A stretch of 64,000 nt of DNA from positions 43,524,001 to 43,588,000 of the forward strand of contig JBITNC010000001.1 in the NCBI GenBank assembly GCA_050084985.1, in the 5' to 3' direction. Position 1 is the stretch's first letter. Every line of letters starts with the position of its first letter. The notes beneath the pieces were generated by a model. That model saw only the letters and a program-made list of their open reading frames with translations. It made no database searches and was not told the origin of the DNA. Shown here piece by piece: positions 28,026 to 42,056 of this stretch. Source of the DNA: Nageia nagi. Lineage: Eukaryota > Plantae > Pinophyta. The translations under genes and the position numbers were made by a program.

Positions 28026-29182
28026 CTAATACAATAAGTAGTATAAGAAATTAATCTAAAAAAAAATTACTCAGTCGATCATTGATTATCAACCTAAACA
28101 TTTGCAAAGTTGCTAGCAATCATTGATGATCATCAACGTTTCTATGTAACCTCAACCTAGGTGGATGATCATGGTCGAGGGTTTCAAAAAATTTTAAAAC
28201 TTATAAGAAATAATAAAATTTTAAAATTTTGAATGGATAGAAACATGTAAAATATTAATCCTAGTACTTCTATAGTTTTTTTATTTTACACTCTAATAGT
28301 TAAAAAGCATAAAATAAGCAAAAAATATGAAAGAGGGTTTTAAATATATCTATTCCCTCATTGGTCTCTTTCATGGGGTCAAGTGTCCTCATGGTGGCAT
28401 CTTGAATCACATGAAAGTCAAAATAAGAAGGTGTAGGGTCAAGAGGCAAATTTAGGGCTCAAAGCTATAACAACTTAAGATAAATAGCAAATGGATAAAC
28501 TAACTTGCTTTTTTTTTCGTAGTCAAACACTAGCAATTGATATTTAGACACTAGCGATCCATAAGGATCACTAGCATTGCTAACACAATTGCTAATTATT
28601 TAGTTAATTGAAAAATTAAAAAATATTTGTGTTGAAAGAAAATATGATAGAGTTGATAAAACACTACATCCACATTCAAGGATTAGACTTACAAAAACTA
28701 CTCAAAGTGATATGAGCGAAAGAGATTAAATCTCTCAAAATTCTTCAAACCTAGAAAATTGAATAATGATGCAAAGTGGACTAATCTTTTGCATAAGATT
28801 ACTATGAAACCCTACTATTTGGATAAAAGGTAGTACCATCACAATCAAACTCCTATATACACAAAACCATGCTTCTAGTGCATACTCACTTCTAACATGC
28901 GACTAATGACAACAAGAATTCGTCATGCACCTGTCACACAAGAAATAGTATGGATGGTATGCATAAGTAATACTTTGATATATATTTAAATTATTTTTAA
29001 AATGTGTTGGAGAAAAATACAAAAATACTTTTATCCTAATTTGATTGATCAAAATTTGACTTACTCGAGAGACTAAGTCAATTTTAAACATTGATCCTAG
29101 AGTCAACCAAACATGTTAAGGCACTTGGATATTCCCTCATCTAGATTTTTGTATCATTCTCTATCATCAATAAAGATAATTC

Positions 29183-29196
29183 AAGAAGGGGTAAAA
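29183..29196 (+). promoter_or_regulatory. Polypurine tract of element B
   Basis: aagaaggggtaaaa immediately before the TG of the 3' LTR. Confidence 0.8.
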
Positions 29197-29968
29197 TGTA
29201 AACACCTAAAAATGACCCTTGTTTGAAATTTGAACAATTTAAATTGTAAAAAATATAAAAAACCTAATTTAACCACAATGCCAATGATTATGTCTAAATC
29301 ATCAATGATTAGATCTAATTACCAACATCAAACAAGGTCGTTAGTGAGTCTATAGAAAGAAAACCTAAAAAAAGAAAATGAATTGTGAATCTCATCTCTT
29401 CCATGTAGCTCTAGATAGAGACGATATTTATCAATCCTAATAAAGATTGATGAGTCCCTTCTTGTACTATTTCAGGTTGTAAATAGGATTAGACTCATCT
29501 ATTCTCAAGAATTTATGATATTTGACCCCTAACTATTAGCAAACCTAGGCACTAACTTAGGAGACCAAAAAATTGATAAATGTAATATATGTGATAAAAT
29601 AACTAGACCCTGACTTGGAAGTAACGTTATGCTGTTCGAATGCTTATTGAATTATGTGTTGTAAGCTTACATTACTTCAAGAAGTTATGTATACTTGTAT
29701 TGTTTATTAATTTTTAATTCTTATCAAGTGTAGGTATGCTTTATGTGTGTGTTTCTTAGCATGTGTGCAGGATCTATAGTTGTTGAGGAGTAATAGTGTA
29801 TTGGAACAATAAAACAAAAGCTCAAGCCACTAGATTTGAAGGTATTCATCTAGTAAAAAGACATCAAAATACAACATATAGCCCAGGTTATAGAAATGCC
29901 AACATTTGCAAATGGGCACCAATGATTTATTCAGATCACTAATGATCAATACAGATCACTAGTGATTC
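29197..29968 (+). repeat. Element B 3' LTR (3'-truncated by ~180 bp)
   Basis: Matches 10970-11738. Similarity stops after gtgattc, and the sequence switches to the late gag of A. Confidence 0.88.
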
Positions 29969-32900
29969 AAAATTAAGTACCGAAACTAGCTACCCTTGCA
30001 TCTACAAGTACAAACATTGATTCTAAATCTCAAGAGGAAGAGAGGATAAGGCAATTGGAGGTAACTATTAGGAACCTTAGCAATAAGCTCACCTTGCAAG
30101 AAAGGAAAAATCAAGGTTTTAGCTATAGAATATATGATAATTAGTATCAAACTAGATTATAACCTAAGAATAAGCAAGTAGAATAACCTAATATCCCAAA
30201 AGTAATCGATAATGTTGTTATGGTAAGTTTTGTAGAGAGTGATGCTCTAAGCATTACTAAATAATGTCCATCATGTTCAGTTCCTCATCTCCCAAAATCA
30301 TGTGCCATATATCAACACCAGTACTTGAGCTTACATTTAGACCAATTTGTGGAACCTGAATTAGATCTTGCTTTTCATCTTACCATGGTCAATTTTTGGC
30401 TTCTTAAATATTCTAGAGAATAAGCCAATTATGTTCAAACTATAGCTTCTTTTGTAGTAGCCCCACAACAACCCCAAGTCACTCAATAAAATCAACATCC
30501 CATTCTAGTGTAGCTTGAACCCAAAAAAGCTAAGACTCCTCTGGCCCAACCATAGAATCAACAAAATTAATTTCTAAGAAATTTAGATCATATCTCTTAG
30601 AACCTAGGTAATATTTCCTCTACAACTGCATATCTTAGTATGACTATAAAAGAAGTCTCGAATAAGGAGAGGCCTCATCCATTGAGATATCCTTTCATTA
30701 TAGATCATCATAAAGAAAATTCCACTCAATAATTTAGAACACATCAACTAGTTGAAACAAGTAAGCTTTTCCCATATGCTCCATACAATATTGTAGAAGA
30801 ACTAAAGAAAGCTCCTTCTAAAATGACCATGTTTGATGCATTAAGGATTCTAGGTCAATTGGATATTTTGCAAGAAGATTTGAAATTAAAAAATAGTAAG
30901 AAAAGGGTAAATAAAGAAAATATTTTCTTTGTAATATCTTATGATGTCTCTCTAACTCCCATAGGTATAAGAAAACCTCCACCTTTATATCTTTCTCTTA
31001 GACTAGAAGGTTGGGTTGTTAATAATTGTATGATAGATACCAGAGCTACTATTACCATGATTCCCAAAGCTATTACAAATGAAATGAAATTATATATTAC
31101 AAGGTGCATTGATGGTGTCATACAATTAGATTCTTCCTCTGTAGATGTAGTTGGTAGTGTTAAAGGAGTTCCAATAACTCTTAATGCATTCCTTGATATT
31201 TGTGTCATTCAAGATATTATTATTATTGATATTCCACCTCTATTTGGATTCTATTTATCTAGAGAATTTACTACCAAATTGGAAGGATACTTAGCTTTAG
31301 ATTATATACATATTCTAATTCCCTTACAAAACAAACAAGTAAAAATTTTAAATGAGGGTACCAAAAGTGTTCATCTTAAGAAGATCATAGAACAGAATTG
31401 TATGAATGGCCTTGAGCTTGTAGAAGTGCTTGAAAGGGATACACTTAGAGAAACACTACTAAAAATTGGGATTATTTCAAAAAATGATCTAAATTATCAG
31501 ATCATAGAGGTTGGTATGGAAAACTATTTTTTACATGAAAATGTGCAACCAATATCAGTCACAGCTTAAAGGGAACATGAGTTATGGATAATGTACTTTG
31601 ATGGAGCTAGACATAAATATAGATGTGGAGCTGGTGTTTTATATAAATCACCAAAAGGACATATGAGGAGATTCTCATTCAGATTCACATGGATTTGCAC
31701 AAACAATACTGATAAATATGAAGCCCTTTATTTAGGATTATCTAAAGCATTCAATATGGGCATTAGATGTCTAACTGTGCATGGTGATTCATAATTGATC
31801 ATAAAGAAAGTTAGATACCAGACTAATGTAAAACATTACTATTTTAATACATATAGGAATAGGGTGTGGGATTTAATGGAGTCATTCTTGGCTATCAATT
31901 TTATATCTATTCCTAAGAGGTACAACCAAATAGTTGATGCACTTGCTAGCAAAGGGGCATGCTATAATCCTACTCATTACAAAAGAGAAAAATTTGGAGT
32001 CAAATTTCAATGTAGACCATCAATGCCTAATGCTAAAAATTTTTGATAGGTATTTAAATTTGTTGAGCATATTATCAATTTCCTATTAGATGAAGTAGTA
32101 GCTCATACCTTTGGTATGTCATACCAAAAGGTCTACTCTCTTTTCAAAGAATATTTGATTTAGAAGATGTTTAGAAAGCCAAATATTTGGCCATTTAGAA
32201 AAAGAGTCATATTGAACTAGGATTAGAACTCAAAAAATATATAAAGGTTGGATTAGACTACTCTGATGAAGAAAAAAGGGTCATATTTTAGATTTATCAT
32301 TAGTTTTCAAAAGCAATTGGTTGGAATTATGATGATCTAAAGATATATGACAAAAATGTCATCCAACATACTATTGAGCTTGAATCAAAGGCTAAACCAT
32401 ACAAGCAAAAACAAATGCCAATAAACCCAAAAATAGAAGAAACCATGAAACATGAATTGATTAAATTGCTTGATTCAAAAATTATTTATCCTATTAAGTA
32501 TTGTTCTTGGGTTGCAAATGTAGTCTCATTTAGAAAGAAGAGCGGGGAGATCAGACTATGTGTAGATTTTAGAAATCTAAACCAAGTATCTCTCAAGGAT
32601 AATTATGCTTTTCCTCCTATGGAATAAATACTACATATAGTAGATGGAGCTTTCTAATTTTCAATAATTGATGGCTACTCAAGATTCAACCAGATATGGG
32701 TAAAAGATGAGGATCCATACAAAATTGCATTCACAACCAAATTGGGGATGTTTGCTTTCCAAAGAATGCCCTTTGGTATTTCTAATGTGGTAGCTACATT
32801 TCAAAGAGACATGGGCCATGCATTTGATTATTTGATAAATAAAATTATCTTGGTTTATTTGGATGATATCATAGTATTTTCTAAGAGTAGAGAAGATTAT

Positions 32901-34950
32901 TTACATCTTAGACAAGTATTTAAAAAATATGTGGAGTTTGGGATCTCAATTAACCTTAAAAAGTCTATTTTCATGGTTAACCAGGGAAAATTACTTGGAC
33001 ATATTGTCTCAAAAAAGGGATTGGCAATTGATTAAGATAGAGTGAAAGCTATTGAAGCATCACCACCCCCTTTCAGTAATAAGGCATTGCAATTATTTCT
33101 TGGTTAGATCAATTTTGTTAGAAATTCATCAATGATTTTTTAGAAATAGTATCTCTAATCACTGTAATGTTGAAGAAAGATGATATATTCTCTTAGTAAA
33201 AAGAAGCAAAACAAGATTTTTAGGATATTTAAAAAGCCATAATAGATGCTCTTGTTCTAAAAAATTCTAATTTTTCAAAAGATTTCATTATATATGCATA
33301 TGGAGTAGAGAAAAGCATTGCTACAATTCTAGCATAGAAATATGACAAGAAATAAGAACATCTGATTAGTTTCCATAGCCAAACACTACACCAACATCAA
33401 AAAAGGTATTCATTTATTAAAAAAAATGTATTTTCCATAATGAAAGGACTTAAAAAATTTAAGCATTATGTGTCCCATAACAAGATCTTTATATTCACTA
33501 TCCATCCTGATGTGAGAAATTATATCATACTAGGAGAATTGGATGAAGGAAAAGTGGGTCAGATCACTAAAATAATGGAATATGATGTAGAAATCAAACC
33601 AACCAAGCTTATAAGAGGTAGGTATCCATGTGAAAATATAGCAAAATACTCACACATGATTGCTACCATAGAGGATGAAAAACATCTTAATGAAGAAAGT
33701 GATTGGATAAAGCAAATTAATTTTTATTTTCAAACTTGTAAATGTTCTAAATCTCTATATAGGTTTCAAAGAAGGAGATTCAAGTTGCAAGTTTTAAAGT
33801 TTGTAATGATAGATGACTTTTTTTATATGAAAAACTTTGATCAAACCTTATTAAGATGTGTAAATCATGATGAAGCCCAGAGAATACTGTATGAATTTCA
33901 TTATGGATTCTCTATAGGACATTATAGTGGACCAACTACTGCAATAAAAGTATTACAATTGGGTACTATTGGCCTATCATATTTTAGGATTCATTCAAAA
34001 TATCCTTGGAGTTTGAAAAATGTAGTAGATTTGTGGAAAAAATAAGGCAAGTGAATATGCCTCTTAAACCTATGGTGGTTGAGGAACCTTTCTGAAAATG
34101 GGGCTTAGACTTCATTGGTGTTATAAATCCTAATTCCTTAATAGGCCATAAGTTTATCTTGACTACAATAGATTATTTTACAAGATCATTAGAAGTTATG
34201 CCATGCAAATGTAGATCAAGATACAATAATGGAAATGATCAAAAGAATAATCACTCATTGTAGTATCCCACAAAGTATTATTTCATAAAATGGTCCTGCA
34301 TTCATTATAGATAATTTATCAGAGTTCATAATTGAGTATGGGATCTAATGGCTATTCTTCTCAAATTATTATCTGTAGGGTAATGGATTAGTTGAATAAA
34401 CTAATAAAAACTTAACTTGGATCATTAAAAGAATAATTGAAGGGAATCCCAGATAATGGCATACATAGTTGGACTATGCATTATGGGTAGATAGGATCAA
34501 TATCAAATCAGCTATTAATATATCACTTTATGCATTAGTATATGGTAAAATACCCATGTTTCCAATTCACCTTGAGTTACCAACATTAAAAATTCTATAA
34601 AAAATGGAAGATTATGACTTTGAACCATTGCAAGCAAGGTATAATCAACTTCTTAAGTTGGAATGAGATCAAAATAAAGAATATAAATCTTTCTAGCATC
34701 ATTAGCAAATAGTTAAGAAGTTGTTTAACAATAAGAAGTCTTCTTGGGTGAAGTTTGAAATAGAAGATATCATCCTCAAATGGGATGAAAAAAGAGCAAA
34801 TCCTGAGAGATATAATAAGTTTGACTCCTTTGGAGTGGGCCCTATATCATCACTCAAGCCATGCAAAATAATGCATTCAAATTGCAAGATATCATCAAGT
34901 CTCATAAACTACCTATCCCAATCAATAGAATCTATTTTAAGCATTACCAG
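29969..34950 (+). pseudogene. Element A late gag and pol: PROT, aRH, RT, RH, INT
   Basis: EERIRQLEVTIRNLSNKL (gag end); PPPLYLSL..NCMIDTRATITMIPK (PROT); LWIMYFDGA..GAGV..CTNNTDKYEAL..HGDS..NQIVDALA (aRH, ~31580-31960); IRLCVDFRNLN, RMPFGI, VYLDDI (RT); KKFKHY (RH); HYG...GHYSG, WGLDFIG, GNGL.E (INT). Confidence 0.93.
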
Positions 34951-35579
34951 GTGATAGGGTGATTTCATAACAACCATTCAAAATTGTATAGTGTATATAG
35001 TCTCAAAATGTTTTTATTACCTTATATTTGTACATCGCTTATGTCTACACACATTCTTTGAGAAGGTAAGTAGTCATTAATGCTGACCATTAACTAGGCA
35101 TGGTGTGAAGTTACCACTTATGTGCTAACAACTATCAATCAAAAGGATAACATTAAAGGAAAAGATTTCCTCAAATATTCCAACCATTATGCTTTACCTC
35201 AATTTGAATTTGATGCATTCCAAGTTGATCCATTCTTGCTTATTATCCACCAATTCATATAATGTGCGAATCCCAATACATCCTAGCATTTAACTACCAT
35301 TAATAGAAATCTATCACAAACCTTAGGAGAATAAAACATATCTCTCACCTTCTTATTCTACACTTAGCCATTTTAGAGCATAAGTTTTGAAAGCCACCAA
35401 ATCTTAGAATTTATAGAGCAAACTAAGAAAATCAAGAAAGAGTTGTAGAGCACTTTATAGAAAGGTTTGAGGTACCTAATGCAAACCAAAGGTGCAAATA
35501 AGATTACAGATACCATGATGGTGACCAAGTCATCAATTGAAGCCGAACTTGAGGGGGTAGATGTTGATCTAATAAATCT

Positions 35580-38500
35580 CATGGATACATGGTGCACTAA
35601 TCCAATGCATATCCTACTACATCACCTAAAGCTAGAGGTCATGGGTAAGGGAAGTCACTTGTTGAAACAAAGCAAGATGTGATGATTGACCAAAGCCTAG
35701 CCTATTATGTGCCTTATGAATCATTAACCTAACCTAAGTTAATATATGCTTTTGCACTCAAGCATAGTCAACAAGGCTACAAGATTATGGTTTTTAAAGA
35801 CCAATAACTAGAAGGGAAATTTGGGTCAAAACCCAAACTGGTATTAGATTACTCCCTTGATTCTATTATTCAATCATTTATGGTACCGATTGATTAGATC
35901 TTTCACATAAAAAAGTAGACTAATCTTAAAAATGAAAGGGATGATTTTTTTATAAAAATGAAGATGAAATGCTAAATTGGATTGATGAAAGGTATGAGGG
36001 GAGAACTACAAATCTCTTTCAAAGCTATGACATCTCCTTCTTTGAGAAGGTACAACATAGAAATGTGTTACAAGCATTAGAGATCATTCTTGGAAAGAAG
36101 ACTTAGATTGAAGTAGATGAAGCCATGATGAGGATGGATTACAATATTATAGAAGCACATTTTTGTTATGAATTCCTTACCTTTATTTCAAATGAAATAA
36201 GAAGAAATCTTCTCAAAATTGAAAAATTAGATTTTCAGCATTCTTCTTATTTATGGTGGTTGCTAGCCCACCAAAATCTTGAGAATCTAGTGGAAGTAGG
36301 ACTTCAAGTTGAGCCTACTACCCTAACTATTGAACTTGCTCTAATTGAATTAAGAGTACCAATACTAACCAAATTGCATTGGTCATATTATGAGTTCATG
36401 TATAAATTTTATGCACCGATGGTGGAGATCTTAATAGGGAAGCCTCCTAATAGGCTACGCTAGACCACCATTTGGGAGCTACAAGGAGGGAAAAAATAGG
36501 TGATTGGTATTTTCTAAAGGACCACATCATGATTCTAACATATGGATATTTTGAAAAGCCTTTTTTCCTACATAAGTATGTAACTACCTAATTGTATTCT
36601 ATTGATATGGGTAGGCAGATGTGTGCTATAGAGATTAAATATGGGTCTGAAGGCAATTTCAAACCCATTGTAAATATGTTAACAACTACAAAAAAAATTT
36701 ACTTTGCTAGAAATAGGCTATAAAAATAGTATAGAAGATTTCATTGTACATACTTTCAAATTAGAAATGGTGAATTCCCCAAGGATGTATGACCCCCTAG
36801 GGGAAATTACAAATATAATTAAGTCAAATAAGAAGCATCTAGCCTTTTCCCATGAGTACATACCTCATGTGGAGTATTCTACAAATAAAACTGAGCAAGA
36901 AGTTGAGGCATCCCTTAAGTGGGAGTTTGGAACCCTAAATAAGGCCTGGTTGGCCCCTGAGGGGATTAAGAAATATAGAAATTGGGAGGTCAAATGATAA
37001 GATTTTTACCCTGAACCCAGAGGTGCTCACCTAGTTGATAGATGAGTTGGGATGGGGACCCAACAAAATTTATTATTTTACCAAATTTAGAGTTGAACAC
37101 ACCACTAAAATTTATCATGTTGTGAAATAATTATTTGGTGAGTTCACTTATGACAAGTATTGGGAAGTTGAGTATATTCAATACCCCTTGTCAAAAATAG
37201 GCTAGCCTCTACCACCTAATTTTCAAGGTAAATTAAGGAAGGGAATAGAGAGAGAAGAATAAGAAGAACCATCCAATTCAAAACAAATAACGAGGAGAAG
37301 AAGCTAGTAAATAAACCCCAAACTACACAATCTTGAATTCCAAAGGTTACACCTCCACCTCCCAAAGTCACTCAAGAAATATTAGAGGCCATTATAGGGG
37401 AAATAGAGATGTTGGATGCTCAAGAAACTCAAGGGACCCAAAGTATAAATACCTCCACTCATCAAGAAGACACTTGAGAAGAAGGAGATTTAGTAAGGTA
37501 GGGGTAATGTGCTTGGTATAGGTGGTACCATAACACTTGGAAATGATGCAGGTCATGATGGAGATGATGACCCTAAAAAGAAGAAAGACTTCAGTCTAAT
37601 GGATAAGACTCATAAGAAGGAGAAACCATAAGAAGAAGAGGAGGGGGAAATTGAAGTATCAGCTATCACTTAGAATGCAAAACAATCCTCACAACAAACC
37701 TCAACTTCCACTTTAGCAGTAAGTAAACCACATCATTCTTTAATCCCATTTTTTACATCCTCAAAAGAGGAAATTAAAAGTATTTTTTCAACACAAATAG
37801 TAGATCCCATTGATTGGGAAACTTTTGTAATTAAACCCCTTATGCTCCCAGAGCAAGAATCCAAAATTTTGAGTAAAGTAATAGATAAGGGAGATATTAA
37901 AATAGCCTAGATGCTTTTCAAAGAGGAATAACTAGAAACTGATCTCAAAGCTTTTATAAATGTAACTATATAAAGTGCTTTGGCTATAGATCAATCAAGA
38001 TTCCTTGTAAATACTTCCATGGAAATTGGTAAAAATCTCTAAGACATGGAGACTAAGATAGATAGATTAAACAAAAAGATAAATCAATATAAAAAAGACT
38101 GCTCCCTTGAAGATAAGGAGGTTACTAGGTTGCAAAACCAAAATAAAGATTTACTAGAAAAACTAGAAAAATAGAAGTCAAGATTTGAAAAGAGCATGGT
38201 AGAAAATAAAGCTGATCTAGATAATGTGAATAAATTGATACAAGATCTTAAATCTCAAGATATAGTTATGGATGGACAAAGGGTCAAGTAAGTTGAGGTA
38301 GAGTTACAAATAGTAGTAGTAGTCTAACAAAGTACTTTTTGATGATAATACAAATCTCCTACTTTTATAAATGCTTCAAAAAGTCACTAGTGGAATAGAT
38401 TGGAGAAAAGCTAGTAAGTTTATCACACTTACATTTATTGAAAAATCAAATGGAATAAGCCATCCAACAATTCACTACTCAAATTGCTCTTCATAAATTA

Positions 38501-39060
38501 GCTCTAGATGTACTAAGGGTTAATAATTGAAAGAATGCAGAGCTGGCTGAGAGCCCTTACAAAAAAGGACATAGCTACTATTACTCCCAGGCCAAGGAAA
38601 ACATTTTTTAGAAGAGCTTGAGATATATGTGAACTTCTAAATTTGGTGTTCAATATGGAAATTAATAAACACCAGCTCAAGATAGAATTGGGCTTTATCA
38701 ATAAATTTTTTCATTCTTTAATAGAATTAAAAGCTCCTAAATTATGGGAGGAGCAAGATGTACAAGGTAGTGTTGCTAGATGGTAGCCAATACCATTAAA
38801 TTTCTTGAATAATTTTTTTTTGAGAAACAAATCTCATATCTACAACAAATAAATGACCTCACTCAAGAGGTAATTATGAGATTATTACATGCTAGGAGGT
38901 TGGAGAATATGCTACTAGGGTTCAAAGAAGATATTATTAAAATACAAGCTTCCCTTATTTTGTCACAAATTGATTATTAGGAATTGAGGGATTTGAATAG
39001 AAGATTCAATTCTTCCTCCCTAAAATTTGATTCCATCACCTGAGACTCCTACAAAATCTT
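35580..39060 (+). pseudogene. Degenerate extra sense ORF(s) in the 3' region of element A
   Basis: Residual frames ...FLTFISNEIRRNLLKIEKLDFQHSSYLWWLL..., GDWYFLKDH...YGY.EKPF.LHKY..., RMYDPLG..., then an acidic/coiled-coil-like stretch (37500-39050). Coding-like throughout but not gag/pol. Confidence 0.6.
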
Positions 39061-39140
39061 CATCTAGATAAGTAGTTGGAACCAACCAATAAAGGGTTCT
39101 ATTCTCTAACAAGCAAAGACCCTAAGAGCTACCAGAAGAT

Positions 39141-41076
39141 TGTATTCTTTTAGAATTTCACTCTAGATACAAGGTGATTTTTTGGTATTCTTTATTCTTT
39201 CATTCATTTCAATAAATATTTCCTAATTCTTGCTTACTTTTCCCCTTTCTAGATGTATTTAGCCTTTTTATCAAAATTGAGTCAAGTCTAAAGAGTTTTA
39301 GGTCTTATCAATGTCTAGGTATTATTTATATATATCTTAGTCTTAAACCTTTTTATTTCAAGATCTAGCTGCTATCTAGTAGATGTTGTAATAAGTCTCA
39401 AGAATAAGCCTTGGTTAGTTTAGTTGTTCCTCTGGTAATTATGTATATAAAGAGAGTCATAGGTTGTGAAAATCTAGTCTAAGTCATGTCTAGGAATCAA
39501 TATATTATCTGGGTAATATTATAATATGTAAGGGAAGTCAATGTCTAAGTAAAAGTCTTGGAGTTATTATAAATAAACATCTATGTATAGTCTAGATATC
39601 TAGCAAGTGATGTCACAGAGCCCACTAATTTTCTCAAGGAAGTCTTGATCGAACACTAAAAATTTATGGGAAGTATTGCAAAGAGATAGAATAGAACTTG
39701 CTGATTTTAAATGATGACATCATCATTTTATATAAAATAAATAGGTCTCAATATAATCAATAATAGGCACTACTTCATTTAGTAGGATATACTTCATGAA
39801 GACACCTAAATAAAGCTCATTGATTTTGAATGATGACATTACAACTTTTTGCCAAAATTAGCTGGTCTTAAGATAACATTCAATAGGAAGTACCACATTC
39901 AATAGGGCATTTTTCATAAAGAAACTAAATAGAACCTATTAATTTTGAATGATGATGTCACACCTTTTGCCTAAAATCAGTTAGTGTTAAAATAAATCCT
40001 AACCATCACTAGAGCTTATCAAAGAAAGATAGAACCTGCTAAATAGAAGGAGAAATAATGGGTATGAAGGAACATGAAGTTCACTTGATCATGAGTGTTT
40101 GACCCTTGGGACTCTATTAATGTGTAAAATATGACTCATTTCCACATAATAGTAGCAATTCCTCCTAGGTATTCAATGATACACTATTCATTACCCTCAC
40201 TATTCCATGCAACCAAGAGTTACAATGCTCATCATTTATCATTGTAAAGAAGTAGGTCACTACCAAAAGAATACAATGATTGATCACACCAATCAACTAA
40301 TATATAGTGCATCATTAATTAGCTATAGATGTAGGAGAATGCAGTTAATAAAAGATAAGGAGGATTATGGCTCAACAAGTACAATGGCTCAAAAATTTCA
40401 AATTTCCAAACTTTAACATTGATTGTACTTGTTCATTATGTAATCTAACATAAGTTGTAATCATAATTGTATATATGTAAATAGTTCCATTTACTATTTT
40501 TAGGTAGGAAGAGTATTTATGAGTATCAATGATGAAAAACCATCCAATTGGAGAGAAAAATGTATAAATAGTGGAATATTATAAGTCCCAAAGGTTAGAT
40601 ATTCTAGCAAATTTTCCCAAGTCGGTAAGATGCTTTTGTATATGGTAATACAAGTTGATGATGATTTACCCTTTGCAACAAGTGTCTATCTATTAAGCTT
40701 TGTTAATGTTATGTATGAGATGCTATCTTAAGTTGTGGTTATGTATTATGATTGTGAGACCCTAAGGGTAAGATAGTTTCCTATTCTTAATCTTAGCTAT
40801 GGATTGTAACCTATGCTATAATGCCCAAACTATTTAGTTTAGTTCCCTTTTAGTTTAATATGTTCATCTCTTTCCTATTAATATTAGCCTTTTATTCCTT
40901 TCTTGTTACTTTCAACCTTTATAATAGATAGGAACCATCATACAATTTGAAGATTGAGCATAAAACCAACACGAGTGCATATCCACCATCTTTTGCTCTC
41001 TCAAGGACCTTACTATTATGGGCAATAGAGAACTTGACCAGACCAAACCCTTGAGATTACATTATACTGATAAATA
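39141..41076 (+). repeat. Element A 3' LTR
   Basis: TGtattcttttagaatt...ttacattatactgataaata. Roughly 85-90% identical to 8334-10270 by manual sampling. No clean PPT upstream. Confidence 0.92.
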
Positions 41077-41920
41077 GGGCCCAAGTTGTTGGAGATCAAC
41101 TATTCCAAGTTCATTCGTATAAAACCCAAATAGAGTGTATAAGAGGAGATAGCCTATTTTATATCAATAATGCAATATACATTAACATATATGTGAGAAC
41201 CAACTTGGAATTGGCCCATTAATTATTCATAAAATGTCATGACAAAGGATATAACATCTCTAGGGATCCTTAGGTTCTTTAGTCTCTAGAATAGGATATG
41301 TCTAGGGAAAATATCAAAGGCCTTATGAAAGATAATAAAGCAATGGTAAACCTTCTATTTGTTATCTTGATCTTATCAATGGTGGCCCATAAAGTGAGGA
41401 TGTGACCAACAATGTAATAGTTTTTATGAAATCCAACTTGATTAGATGCATGAAGATTATGCACTTCAACAAATCTAGATATGAACTCATCAAGAGTTGT
41501 AGGAAAGGATTTTTCTATGGTGTGGTCAACCATAATTATTTTGTAGTTACTAGGGTTGAGGGGGTAAAAAACCTTGTAAATGAGATGGATGACATGGGAG
41601 GTTCAATGGGAGGAAACCCATGTTAAGAGATGCAGTTGAACATTCCAACAATATAGATAGCCAAAATTGCAAGACTATGTTTGAGGAATTCAACACTTAG
41701 ATTTTCAAGGTCAAGGTATTTCGTACTCTATAGTTTGCAAATAGCTTATAAAATCATTTTATCAATGAAGAAATGAATAGGATGAGGTTGAGGGTTGGGA
41801 ATGATAGAGAGCCGATTCAAGATGCTATAGAGGATAGATGCATAAGTGAACTAGATATGCGGGTTAGTAATAGAGCACATATGAGACTTAAGGTGAAAGA
41901 GGGACCACGAGAAATTAACA
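41077..41920 (-). mobile_element. Degenerate RTE/RTE-X-like LINE, 5' half of RT ORF
   Basis: Minus strand: AICKL..K..DLENLSVEFLK..MFN...GFPP..NPSNYKIIMVDH...QVGFHKNY.IVGHILTL..ID...AFD...K*GY.L..TLFGFY.NEL. These are RT motifs 0-4 and continue in the piece at 8333. Confidence 0.87.
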
Positions 41921-42056
41921 TTCAATTTCAAAATATTGATTATTTCTAATATTTTCACAACAACATATTTTATCTTCTTATTTTTAGGAGGTTACGATAA
42001 GTTTTTTGGGTCTCTTTAGCTACAAAGGGGTTGTGTTGTATAGAAAATTGAGTGTT

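Larger units (their letters stand above)
10970..29968 (+). mobile_element. Element B: degenerate Ogre-like Ty3/gypsy LTR retrotransposon (~19 kb) nested in gag of A
   Basis: LTR pair starting t(a/g)ta(g/a)acacctaaaaatga, PBS, gag-PROT-RT-RH-aRH-INT, long 3' region with antisense PMD ORF, and PPT aagaaggggtaaaa. Confidence 0.92.
8334..41076 (+). mobile_element. Element A: degenerate Ty3/gypsy Tat-type LTR retrotransposon (aRH between PROT and RT), with element B nested inside
   Basis: Paired ~1.94-kb LTRs, PBS, gag, PROT, aRH, RT, RH, INT and a 3' extra ORF. LINE RT sequence resumes on both flanks. Candidate degenerate TSD gggaa (8329-8333) / gggcc (41077-41081). Confidence 0.92.

Noticed and set aside
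41087-41100. TGTTGG as the start of the copia LTR
   Set aside because: This sequence translates as LINE RT on the minus strand, continuous to ~41920.
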